A DNA stretch of 64,000 nucleotides from assembly GCA_964016885.1 (NCBI GenBank), contig OZ024743.1:46810001-46874000 (forward strand), written 5' to 3'. The translations under genes were made by a program, and so were the position numbers. The notes beneath the pieces were generated by a model, which saw only the letters and a list, made by a program, of their open reading frames with translations, made no database searches and was not told where the DNA came from. This DNA comes from Eledone cirrhosa. Taxonomy: Eukaryota. Position 1 is the first letter of the stretch. Each line of letters opens with the position of its first letter. Positions 43,974 to 56,887 of the stretch are shown piece by piece.

Positions 43974-44785
43974 TCTATATATATAAAACTGAGGTTGTCT
44001 GTCTGTCTACTAAAACCTTCGGCACACATCTCCTCTTAAACCGTACGTTCAAATTTCGGTGAAATTGCTACACTTATAGATGAAGGTCCGGCGGAACCAT
44101 CGGTCAAATAAATTTTCAAATAAGTTCTTGTTTTTGATTATGTCATCTATCTATATGTGGTTGTCTGTCTGTCTATCGATTTTTGGCACACATCTCCTCT
44201 TAGAATCTCTGACGGAATTGCACCGAAATTGCTATACCTAGCGAAGACATCGGAAAAAAAATATTTCAAATTGACCAACCCTATGTGACGAAATCGAATC
44301 TAATGTATCGATTTTTGAGCGTAAGTGACGAGTTATTTCCCTTTGTTCTGTTTACATTGAGCGTCTTACGTTCTGTTTACATTTTCTGCGTGCAAAAATT
44401 AAAAAAATTACGCTGGCTTTCTCAGCGTTTAAAATGACATTAACACAATACACGAACAGTTGTCGAGCCAGCAAAATTTTGACCTGCAAAATTCATCAGT
44501 TCGAACACTAAGCTTCCGTTTTGCTTCATTTCCATTTAAAAGCCTTTTAAAACAATATTTTTACTTGAAAACAAGTCTATTTAAAGACTACGTAAAACAA
44601 GCAAATATTTCGTAAAAAAAAGCAAAAATTATATAAGTTTATTTAAAATATATGTATCTGTAAATTTCGTTAGGCGTGCAGACAGACAGTCGTGCAGACA
44701 GACTTCAAGCCAAAAAAGAAACTTAACATTGTAACTTTAACACAGCTACTGAGCGACCCCGAGCAACGCCGGGCTTTACTGCTAG
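43974..44785 (+). mobile_element. Non-autonomous Helitron
   Basis: A|TCTATATATATAAAA start, (GTCT)n, 3' hairpin CCCGAGCAACGCCGGG then CTAG|T; 5' segment repeated at about 44146-44200. Confidence 0.8.
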
Positions 44786-44848
44786 TACACAATATATTAA
44801 TAAATGGAAACTATATATATATATCTCGAACCCAGTATATATGTATAT

Positions 44849-44990
44849 ATAACAAAGGAATTGTGGTAAGGAACCAGATGGACCATAACGCACCAGAGTA
44901 CTCAATACATAGGGTAGTAGAGTGGGAAATAGGAAAAAAAATGACCCCGACGGCAGAGCTCAAGCCGTTTCGACGGCTATTTCTGGTCCA

Positions 44991-45024
<34 letters not shown>

Positions 45025-45044
45025 CGACGGCTATTTCTGGTCCA

Positions 45045-45048
<4 letters not shown>
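44849..45048 (-). mobile_element. Solo PLE pLTR 3' fragment (same family as 16441-19325)
   Basis: Reverse complement aligns to about 19180-19325, including the GAAACGGCTTGAGCTC..GCCGTCGGGGTC half-hammerhead. Confidence 0.8.
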
Positions 45049-45094
<46 letters not shown>

Positions 45095-45125
45095 TGGGTT
45101 TGGTATATATATATATAATGGGTTT

Positions 45126-45158
<33 letters not shown>

Positions 45159-45245
45159 TGGGTTTGGTATATATATATATATATATCTACTGTGTTCGGT
45201 ATGATCGACTAAATCCCTATCAGGCGATGCCCCACTATAGCTACA

Positions 45246-48200
45246 ATCAAACCTAGCATGCCATTTCCACTGCTGCTGCTACTACCTGCCTAACTAACTC
45301 TCTCCTCCTCTGGCGCATCCCAACACACACTGCCATTACCCCACCACCACTGTTCTTCTAGCCCTCAATTTTCCCACCGTTATGGATGGATGAGCTGGGA
45401 ATACACGAGCAACTCTGAATCAATAGATGAAATATGAATCTGCGAGCTACCAAGCACCCACGTGAAGCGCCAACCCAGAGACCCTCCCCTACGAGTGTCG
45501 ACAAATGCCCAAAACTCCGAGTTGGTACCATCAATGTAGGCTCAATGAAAGGAAGAGCAGGAGAAATCGTAGAAATGCTAGAGCGAAAGGAAGTTGATGT
45601 ATGCTGTGTGCAAGAGGCTAGATGGAGAGGAGGGTCTGCTAGAGTCCTTGTAGGAAAAAGCCAGTGCTACAAATTTTTCTGGGTGGGAAATGACGATGGG
45701 ATGGGTGGTGTAGGTATACTATTAGCTGACAAGTGGGTAGATAAAGTAATCTCAGTGTACAGGGTAAATGCAAGAATCATTAAACTCAGACTAGTCCTGA
45801 ATAAGACAATTACCACAATAATATCAGCTTACGCACCCCAATCGGGGCTGCCAGACGAACTTAAGGATAGGTTTTACGAGTCCCTAATACACACTACTGC
45901 TCTAACAGACGACAAGGACTTCCTAATCATTTCAGGAGATTTTAACGGACATGTAGGTAAACACTGCGACGGCTTCAATAGAGTACATGGAGGCCATGGA
46001 GTTGGCACAAGGAATGAGGAAGGATTCAGACTTCTAGAATTCTGCGACGCCAATGACATGTCGATATGTAACACAAACTTTAAAAAACCCGACAACCACC
46101 TGATCACCTATAGATCAGGGGAGCACTCTAGTCAGTTAGATTTTATCCTCATCAGAGGACGTGACAGATGGACGGTCGTAAACACAAAAGCCTTCCCTAG
46201 TGAGGAATGTACATCCCAACATAGCTTAGTTGTCAGCGACCTCACGGTCAGAACTAGACGAGCCCTGAAACAGAGGCCAACCTGGAGAAGAAAGATCTGG
46301 AAGCTGAAAGTCCCCTCAACCAGTAACTGATTTAAAGATATTTTACTCAACGCCTACGACAGTAAAGAAGAACAGATAGAGACATTTAACGTAGAAGAGA
46401 ACTGGGAGTTCCTAAAAAATAACTTACTAGAGGCGACGGATGAGGTTTGTGGCTGGAGTAAGACCTCAAGCAGGAGGAGAGTGACTTGGTGGTGGAACAA
46501 TAAGGTAGATGAAGCAGTCAAGGCCAAGAGACAGGCGTGGAAAGAATGGAAGAACGGGGGGAGCAGGGTACATTACATAGAGACCAAGAGGGAAGCTAGG
46601 CGACAAGTATACTTAGCTAGGAGGGAAGCAGAGGATAGAAAATTCAAGCATGTTTTACAACGTGAGGACCAGAAACAGGAGGTATTCAAGATTGCGAGGC
46701 AGTGTGTCAGAGATAGTTGTGATGTCATTGGAGAGAAGTGTATCCGGAATGATAAAGGTGAGCTTGCCCTCACAAGTGCTGAGAAGAAAGATGCATGGAA
46801 GAGTCATTATGATAGATTACTAAATGAGGAGAATGCATGGGAAGAAGAGACCCTACCCCACGTAGACCCTATAGAGGGACCAGCAGTACAAGTCAGCGGC
46901 AGCGTAGTAAGTAAGGCAATCAGAGATATGAAGATAGGGAAGGCAACCGGTCCATCGGGTATAGCTGCCGAGATGCTGAAGGCATCTGGGTCTGTAGGTC
47001 ACACTATAACCACACGTATCGTTAACCAGGTAATACTAGAGGGGGCCATACCAAAAGATTGGTGCAGTAGCATCATTGTCAACTGCTACAAAGGTAAAGG
47101 CGATGCACTAGATAGAGGAAACTATAGAGGTATAAAGTTGATGGACCAGGTCATGAAAGTAACAGAAAGAGTTATAGCACAGCTGATTAGGGACCGGGTG
47201 AATATAGACGAGATGCAATTTGGGTTTGTACCAGGGAAAGGCACCACTGATGCCCTCTTCCTTGTGAGGCAATTACAGGAAAAGTACCTAGCTAAAAGTA
47301 AGCCACTCTACTTGGCATTTGTCGACCTTGAGAAAGCCTTTGACAGAGTTCCACGTGCAGTAATCTGGTGGGCTCTTAGAAAACTAGGAGTAGATGAATG
47401 GCTTGTGAAAGCGGTACAAGCCATGTATAGGGGAGCAGTCAGCAAAGTTAGGATTGGCAATGAGTATAGCGAGGAATTTAGCGTACAGGTTGGGGTCCAC
47501 CAGGGCTCTGTTCTTAGCTCTCTCCTGTTCATCATAGTCCTGCAGGCAATAACGGAGGAGTTTAAGACCGGATGCCCATGGGAACTCCTGTATGCTGATG
47601 ACCTCGCACTCATAGCTGAATCTATGGTAGAACTAGAGAATAAATTCCAAACCTGGAAGCAGGGACTAGAGAGAAAGGGCCTCAAAGTCAACATGACAAA
47701 GACTAAGGTCCTTGTAAGTAGACGAGAAAACAGAACCCAGATCCCCTCAGGGAAATGGCCTTGCTCAGTATGTAGGAAAGGTGTAGGTAGGAACTCCATT
47801 CTCTGCCCCAAATGCAAACAATGGGTACACAAGAGATGTAGCGGGATCTCAGGAAGCTTAATTAAGAATGTAGGATTCACATGCAGCAGCTGTGCTGAAA
47901 CAGCAAGCAAACAGCCACAGGAAACAAGTACCACCAATCTCTGGGAGGGCCCTGTAGAAACAGTAGACAGCTTCTGCTACCTAGGTGACCGAATTAGCAA
48001 CGGAGGTGGGTGCTCAGAAAGTACAATAACTAGGGTAAGAACGGGATGGAAGAAGTTTAGGGAACTACTACCACTGCTAGCTGCAAAAGGCTTCTCCCTC
48101 AGAATGAAAGGCAGACTGTATGATGCGTGTATCCGAACAGCGATGTTGCATGGTAGTGAGACCTGGGCGCTGAAGGTGGAAGACTTACGTAGATTAGAGA

Positions 48201-48847
48201 GAAACGAAGCCTGCATGCTCCGATGGATGTGTAACAGTAATATACGTGAACGACAAAGCATAAAGGAATTGAGAGAGAGACTGAGCATAAGAGGAATCAA
48301 ATGTGATGCGTATGAAGGATGACAGCTGCATAAAAAGGTGCAGAGCACTAGAAGTTGATGGAAACGCATAAAAAGGTGCAGAGCACTAGAAGTTGATGGA
48401 AACCGCGGAGTGGGGAGACCTAAGATGACTTGGGATGAGGTGATAAAAGCCGACCTTACCCAACTACACCTCTCAAAGTCAATGACACACGACTGTGACT
48501 TCTGGCGTCACGCAGTAATACAGGGTACCCGACCTCCCATGGGTACATGCTGAAGCATATAAACAATATGCCCCTCCCCCCCCCCCCCGCAAGGTGGCCG
48601 TGGAGGTGCCACGGCAAAAAAGCACCCAGCCCACACTGTAAAGTGGACGTGTAGGCGCCACGAAAAAGCACCCAGCACTCACTGTAAATGAGGTTGGTGT
48701 TAGGAAGGGCATCCAGCTGTAGAAATCAAGCCAGATCAGTTCCTGTATGAGCAAGGCATGGTCAGCCGACCAGACACTGCCCACAACAGGACAACTCGTC
48801 TAACCCATGCTAGCGTGGAAGAACGGACGTAAAACGGTGATGATGAT
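45246..48847 (+). mobile_element. RTE family B, full-length-like; one nonsense codon plus a 38-bp deletion/duplication
   Basis: ORFs 45434-46330 and 46481-48322 are in the same frame; APE, RT (YADD), PHD-like finger; 3' end GGACGTAAAACGGT(GAT)n. Confidence 0.95.
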
Positions 48848-48891
48848 ATATACCGAACCCAGCATACATATATATATATATATATATATAT

Positions 48892-48994
48892 AGTTTTAAT
48901 ATAGATGAGATTCATCTATATTAAAACTGTATTACTCTGCTATGTATTGAGTACCTTACTTACTGCGGTTACCTCCGATTCAACCCGGAATAAC
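48892..48994 (+). mobile_element. Mini PLE-like terminus with foldback
   Basis: AGTTTTAATATAGATGA-gat-TCATCTATATTAAAACT hairpin, then ACTCTGCTA..GTATTGAGTAC as in the PLE tail at 19250-19277. Confidence 0.55.
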
Positions 48995-49112
48995 ATATAT
49001 ATATATATATACCGAACCCGGCATATATATATATATACCGAACCCGGCATATATATATACATACCGAACCCAGCATATATATATATATATATATACATAC
49101 ATACCGAACCCA

Positions 49113-49151
<39 letters not shown>

Positions 49152-49288
49152 GAACCCAGCATATATATATATATATACATACCGAACCCAGCATAAATAT
49201 ATATACCGAACCCAGCATAATATATATATACCAAACTCAGCACATATATATATACCGAACTCAGCACACATATATATACCGAACTCAG

Positions 49289-49336
<48 letters not shown>

Positions 49337-49390
49337 ACTCAGCATATATATATATATATATATATATATACCGAACTCAGCATATATATA

Positions 49391-49706
49391 TCATCATCAT
49401 CATCACTTTACATCCGCTTTTCCCTGCTTGCAAGGGTGGGACGAGAACTGATTCTGGCTTGATTTCTACAGCTGGATGCCCTTCCTAACACCAACCTCAT
49501 TTACAGTGAGTGCTGGGTGCTTTTTTGCCGTGGCACCTCCACGACCACTCCAGTCCCTATCATCTCATTTCTACAGCTGAGTAAACTGGAGCAATGTGAA
49601 ATAAAGTGTCTTGCTCAAGGAAACAACACATCACCCGGTCTGAGAATTGAACTCACAACCTTTCGATTGCAAGTTCAATGCTCTAACCACTAAGCCATGT
49701 GCCTCC
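49391..49706 (-). mobile_element. Full-length tRNA/CORE SINE with RTE-B tail
   Basis: A box TGGCTTAGTGG, B box GTTCAATTC, CORE-like CCTTGAGCAAGACACTT..CAGTTTACTCAGCTGTAGAAATG, GAT tail. Confidence 0.9.
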
Positions 49707-49880
49707 ATATATATATATATACCGAACTCAGCATATATATATATATATATATATACCGAACTCAGCATATATATATATATATACCGAACTCAGCATATAT
49801 ATATATATATATACCAAACTCAGCATATATATATATATATACCGAACTCAGCATATATATATATATATATACCGAACTCA

Positions 49881-49913
<33 letters not shown>

Positions 49914-49916
<3 letters not shown>

Positions 49917-50240
49917 TCATCATCATCATCATCATTTCATTTTACGTCTGCTTTTCCCTGCTTGCAAGGGTGGGACGGGAACTGATTCTGGCTTGATTTC
50001 TACAGCTGGATGCCCTTCCTAACACCAACCTCATTTACAGTGAGTGCTGGGTGCTTTATTGCCGTGGCACCTCCACGACCACTCCAGTCCCTATCATCTC
50101 ATTTCTACAGCTGAGTAAACTGGAGCAATGTGAAATAAAGTGTCTTGCTCAAGGAAACAACACATCACCCGGTCTGAGAATTGAACTCACAACCTTTCGA
50201 TTGCAAGTCCAATGCTCTAACCACTAAGCCATGTGCCTCC
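49914..50240 (-). mobile_element. Second near-identical SINE copy
   Basis: As the previous copy, with a few substitutions and a different tail. Confidence 0.9.
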
Positions 50241-50441
50241 ATATATATAAATACCGAACTCAGCATATATATATATATATATACCGAACTCAGCATATAT
50301 ATATATATATATATACCGAACTCAGCATATATATATATATATATATACCAAACTCAGCATATATATATATATATATACCGAACTCAGCATATATATATAT
50401 ATATATATACCGAACTCAGCATATATATATTACCGAACTCA

Positions 50442-50478
<37 letters not shown>

Positions 50479-50489
50479 GAACTCAGCAT

Positions 50490-50951
50490 AAGACAATGTC
50501 ACTGGACCGAGACCTTTGGCGGTACTCAGTAACAGAGAAGACCCGCCTTACCTAAATATATAGTAAAACCTACTCCAGCCAGTAGGCATCTCTAACAAAA
50601 TACACCCCGTCCCACCACCACCACCCCCACCCGATCCACACCACCCCGTTCTATGTAAAGTTATGTTGGTGCCGCGCCATCGAGGCCGAAACAAATGAGA
50701 TCGTGTAGGTGTCACGACAAAAAAACACACAGTCCACGCTGTAATGTGGCCGTGTAGGCAACACGGTAAAAACCTCCCAGACCCACACTGTAAATGTGGT
50801 TGGTGTTAGGAAGGGCATCCAACTGTAGAAAACCTGCCAGACAGTCCTATGCGAGCAAGACAATCACTCTTGCCTCAAGTGGGACTACCCCCGTCCAAAC
50901 CCATGCAAGCATGGAACACGGACGTTAAACGTTGATGATGATGATGATGAT
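50490..50951 (+). mobile_element. RTE family A short 3' fragment with 20-bp TSD
   Basis: TATATACCGAACTCAGCATA at 50471-50490 and 50951-50970. Confidence 0.92.
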
Positions 50952-50969
50952 ATATACCGAACTCAGCAT

Positions 50970-51030
50970 ATCATCATCATCATCATCATCAACGTTTAAC
51001 GTCCGTGTTCCACGCTTGCATGGGTTTGGA
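50970..51030 (-). mobile_element. RTE family A 3' stub
   Basis: (CAT)n plus the last ~40 nt of the 3'UTR. Confidence 0.85.
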
Positions 51031-51084
51031 ATAAATGCTCTGAGATAGCGATATATATGTGAATATAGACATAGAATATTCGAA

Positions 51085-51345
51085 AATATATATATATATA
51101 TACATATATATATACATATATATATACATATATATATATACATATATATATACACATATATATATACATATATATACATATATATATATATATACATATA
51201 TATATACATATATACATATATATATACATATATACATATATATATACATATATACATATATACATATATATATACATATATACATATATATACATATATA
51301 TATATATACATATATATACATATATATATATATACATATTTATAC

Positions 51346-51378
<33 letters not shown>

Positions 51379-51685
51379 CATACATATATACATATATATA
51401 TATACATATATATATATATACATATATATACATATATATATATACATATATATACATATATATATATATACATATATATACATATACATACATATACATA
51501 TATATACATATATATACATATACATACATATACATATATATACATATATATACATATATATACATATATATACATATATATACATATATATACATATATA
51601 TACATATATATATATACATATATATACATATATATATATACATATATATATATACATATATATACATATATATACATATATATAC

Positions 51686-51716
<31 letters not shown>

Positions 51717-51773
51717 CATATATATATATATACATATATATATATACATATATACATATATATATATATCTAC

Positions 51774-51804
<31 letters not shown>

Positions 51805-52000
51805 CATATATACATATATATATATACATATATATATACATGTATACATATATATATACATATATATACATATATATATATACATATATATACATATATA
51901 TATATATCCATATATATACATATATATATATACATATATATATATACATATATATACATATATATATATACATATATACATATATATATATACATATATA
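51085..52000. repeat. (TA)nCA compound microsatellite
   Basis: Seen directly. Confidence 0.95.
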
Positions 52001-53168
52001 ATTAACCTGGCTAAGACCAAAGTACTAGTTTGTAGGAAAGAAAACAAGGCGGCGGTCCCTTCTGGGAAATGGTCGTGCTCGGTGTGTAGGAAAGGCGTAG
52101 GTAGAAACTCCATTTTATGTCCTAAATGCAAAGTATGGGTGCATAAAAGATGTAGTGGGATCACAGGTAAGCTAACTAAGAACATAGATTTTACATGTGG
52201 CCGGTGTTCTGGTGCAATAAGTAGCAGCAAGTGCCCACTAAATACTAGCTCTTTCAATTGCGCAGAGGGTTCTATAGAAATAGTGGACAGCTTCCGTTAC
52301 CTGGGCGATAAAATCAGCAGTGGGGGAGGGTGCTCTGAAAGTACTGTAGCTAGAGTCAGAACTGGTTGGAAAAAGTTCAGAGAGCTTATACCACTATTAG
52401 CTGCTAAAGGGTTCTCCCTAAAAATGAAAGGCAGGTTGTACGATGCCTGCATACGAACAGCAATGTTGCATGGCAGTGAGACCTGGGCATTGTGTGCAGA
52501 GGATATACGCAGACTAGAGAGGAACGAAGCTTGCATGCTCCGCTGGATGTGCAATAGTAATATACGTGAACGGCAAAGCATAAACGAACTAAGGAAAAAA
52601 TTAGAAATAAGAGGGATCAGATGTTGTTTACTCGAGAGAAGGCTACGTTGGTATGGACACGTGATGCGCATGAAAGTCGATAGCTGTATAACAAAGTGCA
52701 GGGCAATAAAGATAGACGGTAGCCACGGAATAGGCAGACCTAGAAAAACCTGGGATGAGCTGATAAACTCCGACCTCACACACTTACACCTCTCCAAGAC
52801 AATGTCACTGGACCGAGACCTTTGGCGGTACTCAGTAACAGAGAAGACCCGCCTTACCTAAATATATAGTAAAACCTACACCAGCCAGTAGGCATCTCTA
52901 ACAAAATACACCCCGTCCCACCACCACCACCACCCCCACCCCATCCACACCACCCCGTTCCATGTAAAGTTATGTTGGTGCCGCGCCATCGAGGCCGAAC
53001 CAAATGAGATCGTGTAGGCGTCACGACAAAAAAACACACAGTCCACGCTGTAATGTGGCCGTGTAGGCAACACGGTAAAAACCTCCCAGACCCACACTGT
53101 AAATGTGGTTGGTGTTAGGAAGGGCATCCAACTGTAGAAAACCTGCCAGACAGTCCTATGCGAGCAAG
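52000..53168 (+). mobile_element. RTE family A, 5'-truncated, 3'UTR interrupted at 53168
   Basis: INLAKTKV...TRLT (end of ORF 51059-52861); 3'UTR stops at GCGAGCAAG. Confidence 0.93.
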
Positions 53169-53242
53169 GAATATATATATATACGCTTGCATATATATAT
53201 GCAAGCGTGGAACACGGACGTTAAACGTTGATGATGATGATG

Positions 53243-53246
53243 ATAT

Positions 53247-53315
<69 letters not shown>

Positions 53316-53502
53316 TACATATATACATATATATATACATACATACATATATACATATATATATATATACATACATACATATATACATATATATATACAT
53401 ATATACATATATATATACATATATATATATATACATACATATATATATACATATATATATATACATATATATATACATATATATATATACATATATATAT
53501 AC

Positions 53503-53553
<51 letters not shown>

Positions 53554-53608
53554 CATATATATATACATATATATATATATATACATATATATATACATAT
53601 ATATATAC

Positions 53609-53639
<31 letters not shown>

Positions 53640-53660
53640 CATATATATATACATATATAC

Positions 53661-53695
<35 letters not shown>

Positions 53696-53755
53696 CATAC
53701 ATATATACATACATATATATATATATATATACATACATATATATATATATATATA

Positions 53756-53789
<34 letters not shown>

Positions 53790-53821
53790 TACATACATAC
53801 ATATATACATATATATATACA

Positions 53822-53875
<54 letters not shown>

Positions 53876-53888
53876 CATATATATATAC

Positions 53889-53921
<33 letters not shown>

Positions 53922-53942
53922 CATACATACATACATATATAC

Positions 53943-53973
<31 letters not shown>

Positions 53974-54121
53974 CATATATATACATATATATATACATAT
54001 ATATACATATATATATATACATATATATATACATATATATATACATATATATATATACATATATATATACATATATACATATATATATACATATATATAT
54101 ATACATATATATATACATATA
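53243..54121. repeat. (TA)nCA compound microsatellite
   Basis: Seen directly. Confidence 0.95.
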
Positions 54122-55828
54122 TCATCATCATCATCATCACCGTTTTACGTCCGTTCTTCCACGCTAGCATGGGTTAGACGGGTTGTCCTGTTGTGGGCAG
54201 TGTCTGGTCGGCTGACCATGCCTTGCTCATACAGGAACTGATCTGGCTTGATTTCTACAGCTGGATGCCCTTCCTAACACCAACCTCATTTACAGTGAGT
54301 GCTGGGTGCTTTTTCGTGGCGCCTACACGTCCACTTTACAGTGTGGGCTGGGTGCTTTTTTGCCGTGGCACCTCCACGACCACCTTGCGGTGGGGGGGGG
54401 GGGGGCATATTGTTTATATGCTTCAGCATGTACCCATGGGAGGTCGGGTACCCTGTATTACTGCGTGACGCCAGAAGTCACGGTCGTGTGTCATTGACTT
54501 TGAGAGGTGTAGTTGGGTAAGGTCGGCTTTTATCACCTCATCCCAAGTCATCTTGGGTCTCCCCACTCCGCGGTTTCCATCAACTTCTAGTGCTCTGCAC
54601 CTTTTTATGCAGCTGTCATCCTTCATACGCATCACATGTCCATACCAGCGTAACCGCCTCTCCTGCACGCAGCATTTGATTCCTCTTATGCTCAGTCTCT
54701 CTCTCAATTCATTTATGCTTTGTCGTTCACGTATATTACTGTTACACATCCATCGGAGCATGCAGGCTTCGTTTCTCTCTAATCTACGTAAGTCTTCCAC
54801 CTTCAGCGCCCAGGTCTCACTACCATGCAACATCGCTGTTCGGATACACGCATCATACAGTCTGCCTTTCATTCTGAGGGAGAAGCCTTTTGCAGCTAGC
54901 AGTGGTAGTAGTTCCCTAAACTTCTTCCATCCCGTTCTTACCCTAGTTATTGTACTTTCTGAGCACCCACCTCCGTTGCTAATTCGGTCACCTAGGTAGC
55001 AGAAGCTGTCTACTGTTTCTACAGGGCCCTCCCAGAGATTGGTGGTACTTGTTTCCTGTGGCTGTTTGCTTGCTGTTTCAGCACAGCTGCTGCATGTGAA
55101 TCCTACATTCTTAATTAAGCTTCCTGAGATCCCGCTACATCTCTTGTGTACCCATTGTTTGCATTTGGGGCAAAGAATGGAGTTCCTACCTACACCTTTC
55201 CTACATACTGAGCAAGGCCATTTCCCTGAGGGGATCTGGGTTCTGTTTTCTCGTCTACTTATAAGGACCTTAGTCTTTGTCATGTTGACTTTGAGGCCCT
55301 TTCTCTCTAGTCCCTGCTTCCAGGTTTGGAATTTATTCTCTAGTTCTACCATAGATTCAGCTATGAGTGCGAGGTCATCAGCATACAGGAGTTCCCATGG
55401 GCATCCGGTCTTAAACTCCTCCGTTATTGCCTGCAGGACTATGATGAACAGGAGAGGGCTAAGAACAGAGCCCTGGTGGACCCCAACCTGTACGCTAAAT
55501 TCCTCGCTATACTCATTGCCAATCCTAACTTTGCTGACTGCTCCCCTATACATGGCTTGTACCGCTTTCACAAGCCATTCATCTACTCCTAGTTTTCTAA
55601 GAGCCCACCAGATTACTGCACGTGGAACTCTGTCAAAGGCTTTCTCAAGGTCGACAAATGCCAAGTAGAGTGGCTTACTTTTAGCTAGGTACTTTTCCTG
55701 TAATTGCCTCACAAGGAAGAGCGCATCAGTGGTGCCTTTCCCTGGAACAAACCCAAATTGCATCTCGTCTATATTCACCCGGTCCCTAATCAGCTGTGCT
55801 ATAACTCTTTCTGTTACTTTCATGACCT
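54122..55828 (-). mobile_element. RTE family B, 5'-truncated, intact RT ORF
   Basis: ORF 54423-55823; (CAT)n tail. Confidence 0.95.
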
Positions 55829-55829
55829 A

Positions 55830-56572
55830 ATAATTAGTAATAAAATGTATCATACCTAAACTGTTCCTAAATTCCTCGACTACGTAGTTTCGTGGCATAA
55901 ACAAAAACAATATATCAAAGATATAGAGTCCTTGCGAGGTCTGCCGACTTATCAAGAGGATACCTCATTTTACTAGTCTCAAGAACGCGTCTACACGACG
56001 TGAGAAAGAATCCCAAAAGGCGGAGGGGGAGATAGTCACGCGATATAACGGTCGAGAAACAGAGCTAAGCCTCTTATAACCACGAAGAAAATACCACGGA
56101 GGCGGAGGGGGTATTCATATCGAGGCCGTAGAAGAGGTAGTGAAGAAGGCGAGAAGTGTGAGTAATGGAAGCTTTCCAGTTGTCCCCACACTTCAAAGAT
56201 TGCTCGACCAGAGGGAGTTATTAATATATTTAGAAACACACAGATACATGCGGACACACACATATATACATGAATGCATCCGCACCCAACTGTGAGTTAA
56301 GGGTGCCAACTTCACCGATGTTGCTCAATGAATGACTGGGACAGACCAATTCAGTTTGAACCAGACTGAACCAGTATCAGAGTTAAAAATACATTATGAA
56401 GAGAGAAGAAACATTTAGATATAATTAGTAATCTCGCAAGGACTCTATATCTTTGATATATTGTTTTTGTTTATGCCACGAAACTACGTAGTCGAGGAAT
56501 TTAGGAACAGTTTAGGTATGATACATTTTATTACTAATTATATCTAAATGTTTCTTCTCTCTTCATAATGTA
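55830..56572 (-). mobile_element. Non-coding hammerhead-bearing (retrozyme/PLE-like) element, 591-nt unit plus inverted arm
   Basis: ATAATTAGTAAT at 55830 and 56421. 56433-56572 is the reverse complement of 55830-55938 continued by 56390-56420. Confidence 0.7.
55873..55960 (-). ncRNA. Type I hammerhead ribozyme, U3-A8 variant
   Basis: TCCTC-TTGATAA-GTCGGCA...TGCCAC-GAAA-CTACGTAG-TC|GAGGA. Confidence 0.7.
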
Positions 56573-56778
56573 TATATATACATATATATATACATATATA
56601 TATACATATATATATACATATATACATATATATATATATATACATACATATATATATACATATATATATATACATATATATATACATACATATATATATA
56701 CATATATATATATACATATATACATATATATATATGTATATATATATATATGTATATATATATATGTATATAAATATG

Positions 56779-56810
<32 letters not shown>

Positions 56811-56887
56811 CATATATATATATATATGTATATATATATGTATATATATATGTATATATATATATATATATACATATGTATATATGT

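Larger units (their letters stand above)
48848..50970. repeat. [ACCGAAC(C/T)CAGC(AT)n] array hosting SINEs, an RTE and a PLE stub
   Basis: About 30 units seen directly. Confidence 0.9.

Noticed and set aside
49635-49706. tRNA gene
   Set aside because: tRNA-like head continues into a CORE domain and LINE tail, so it is a SINE
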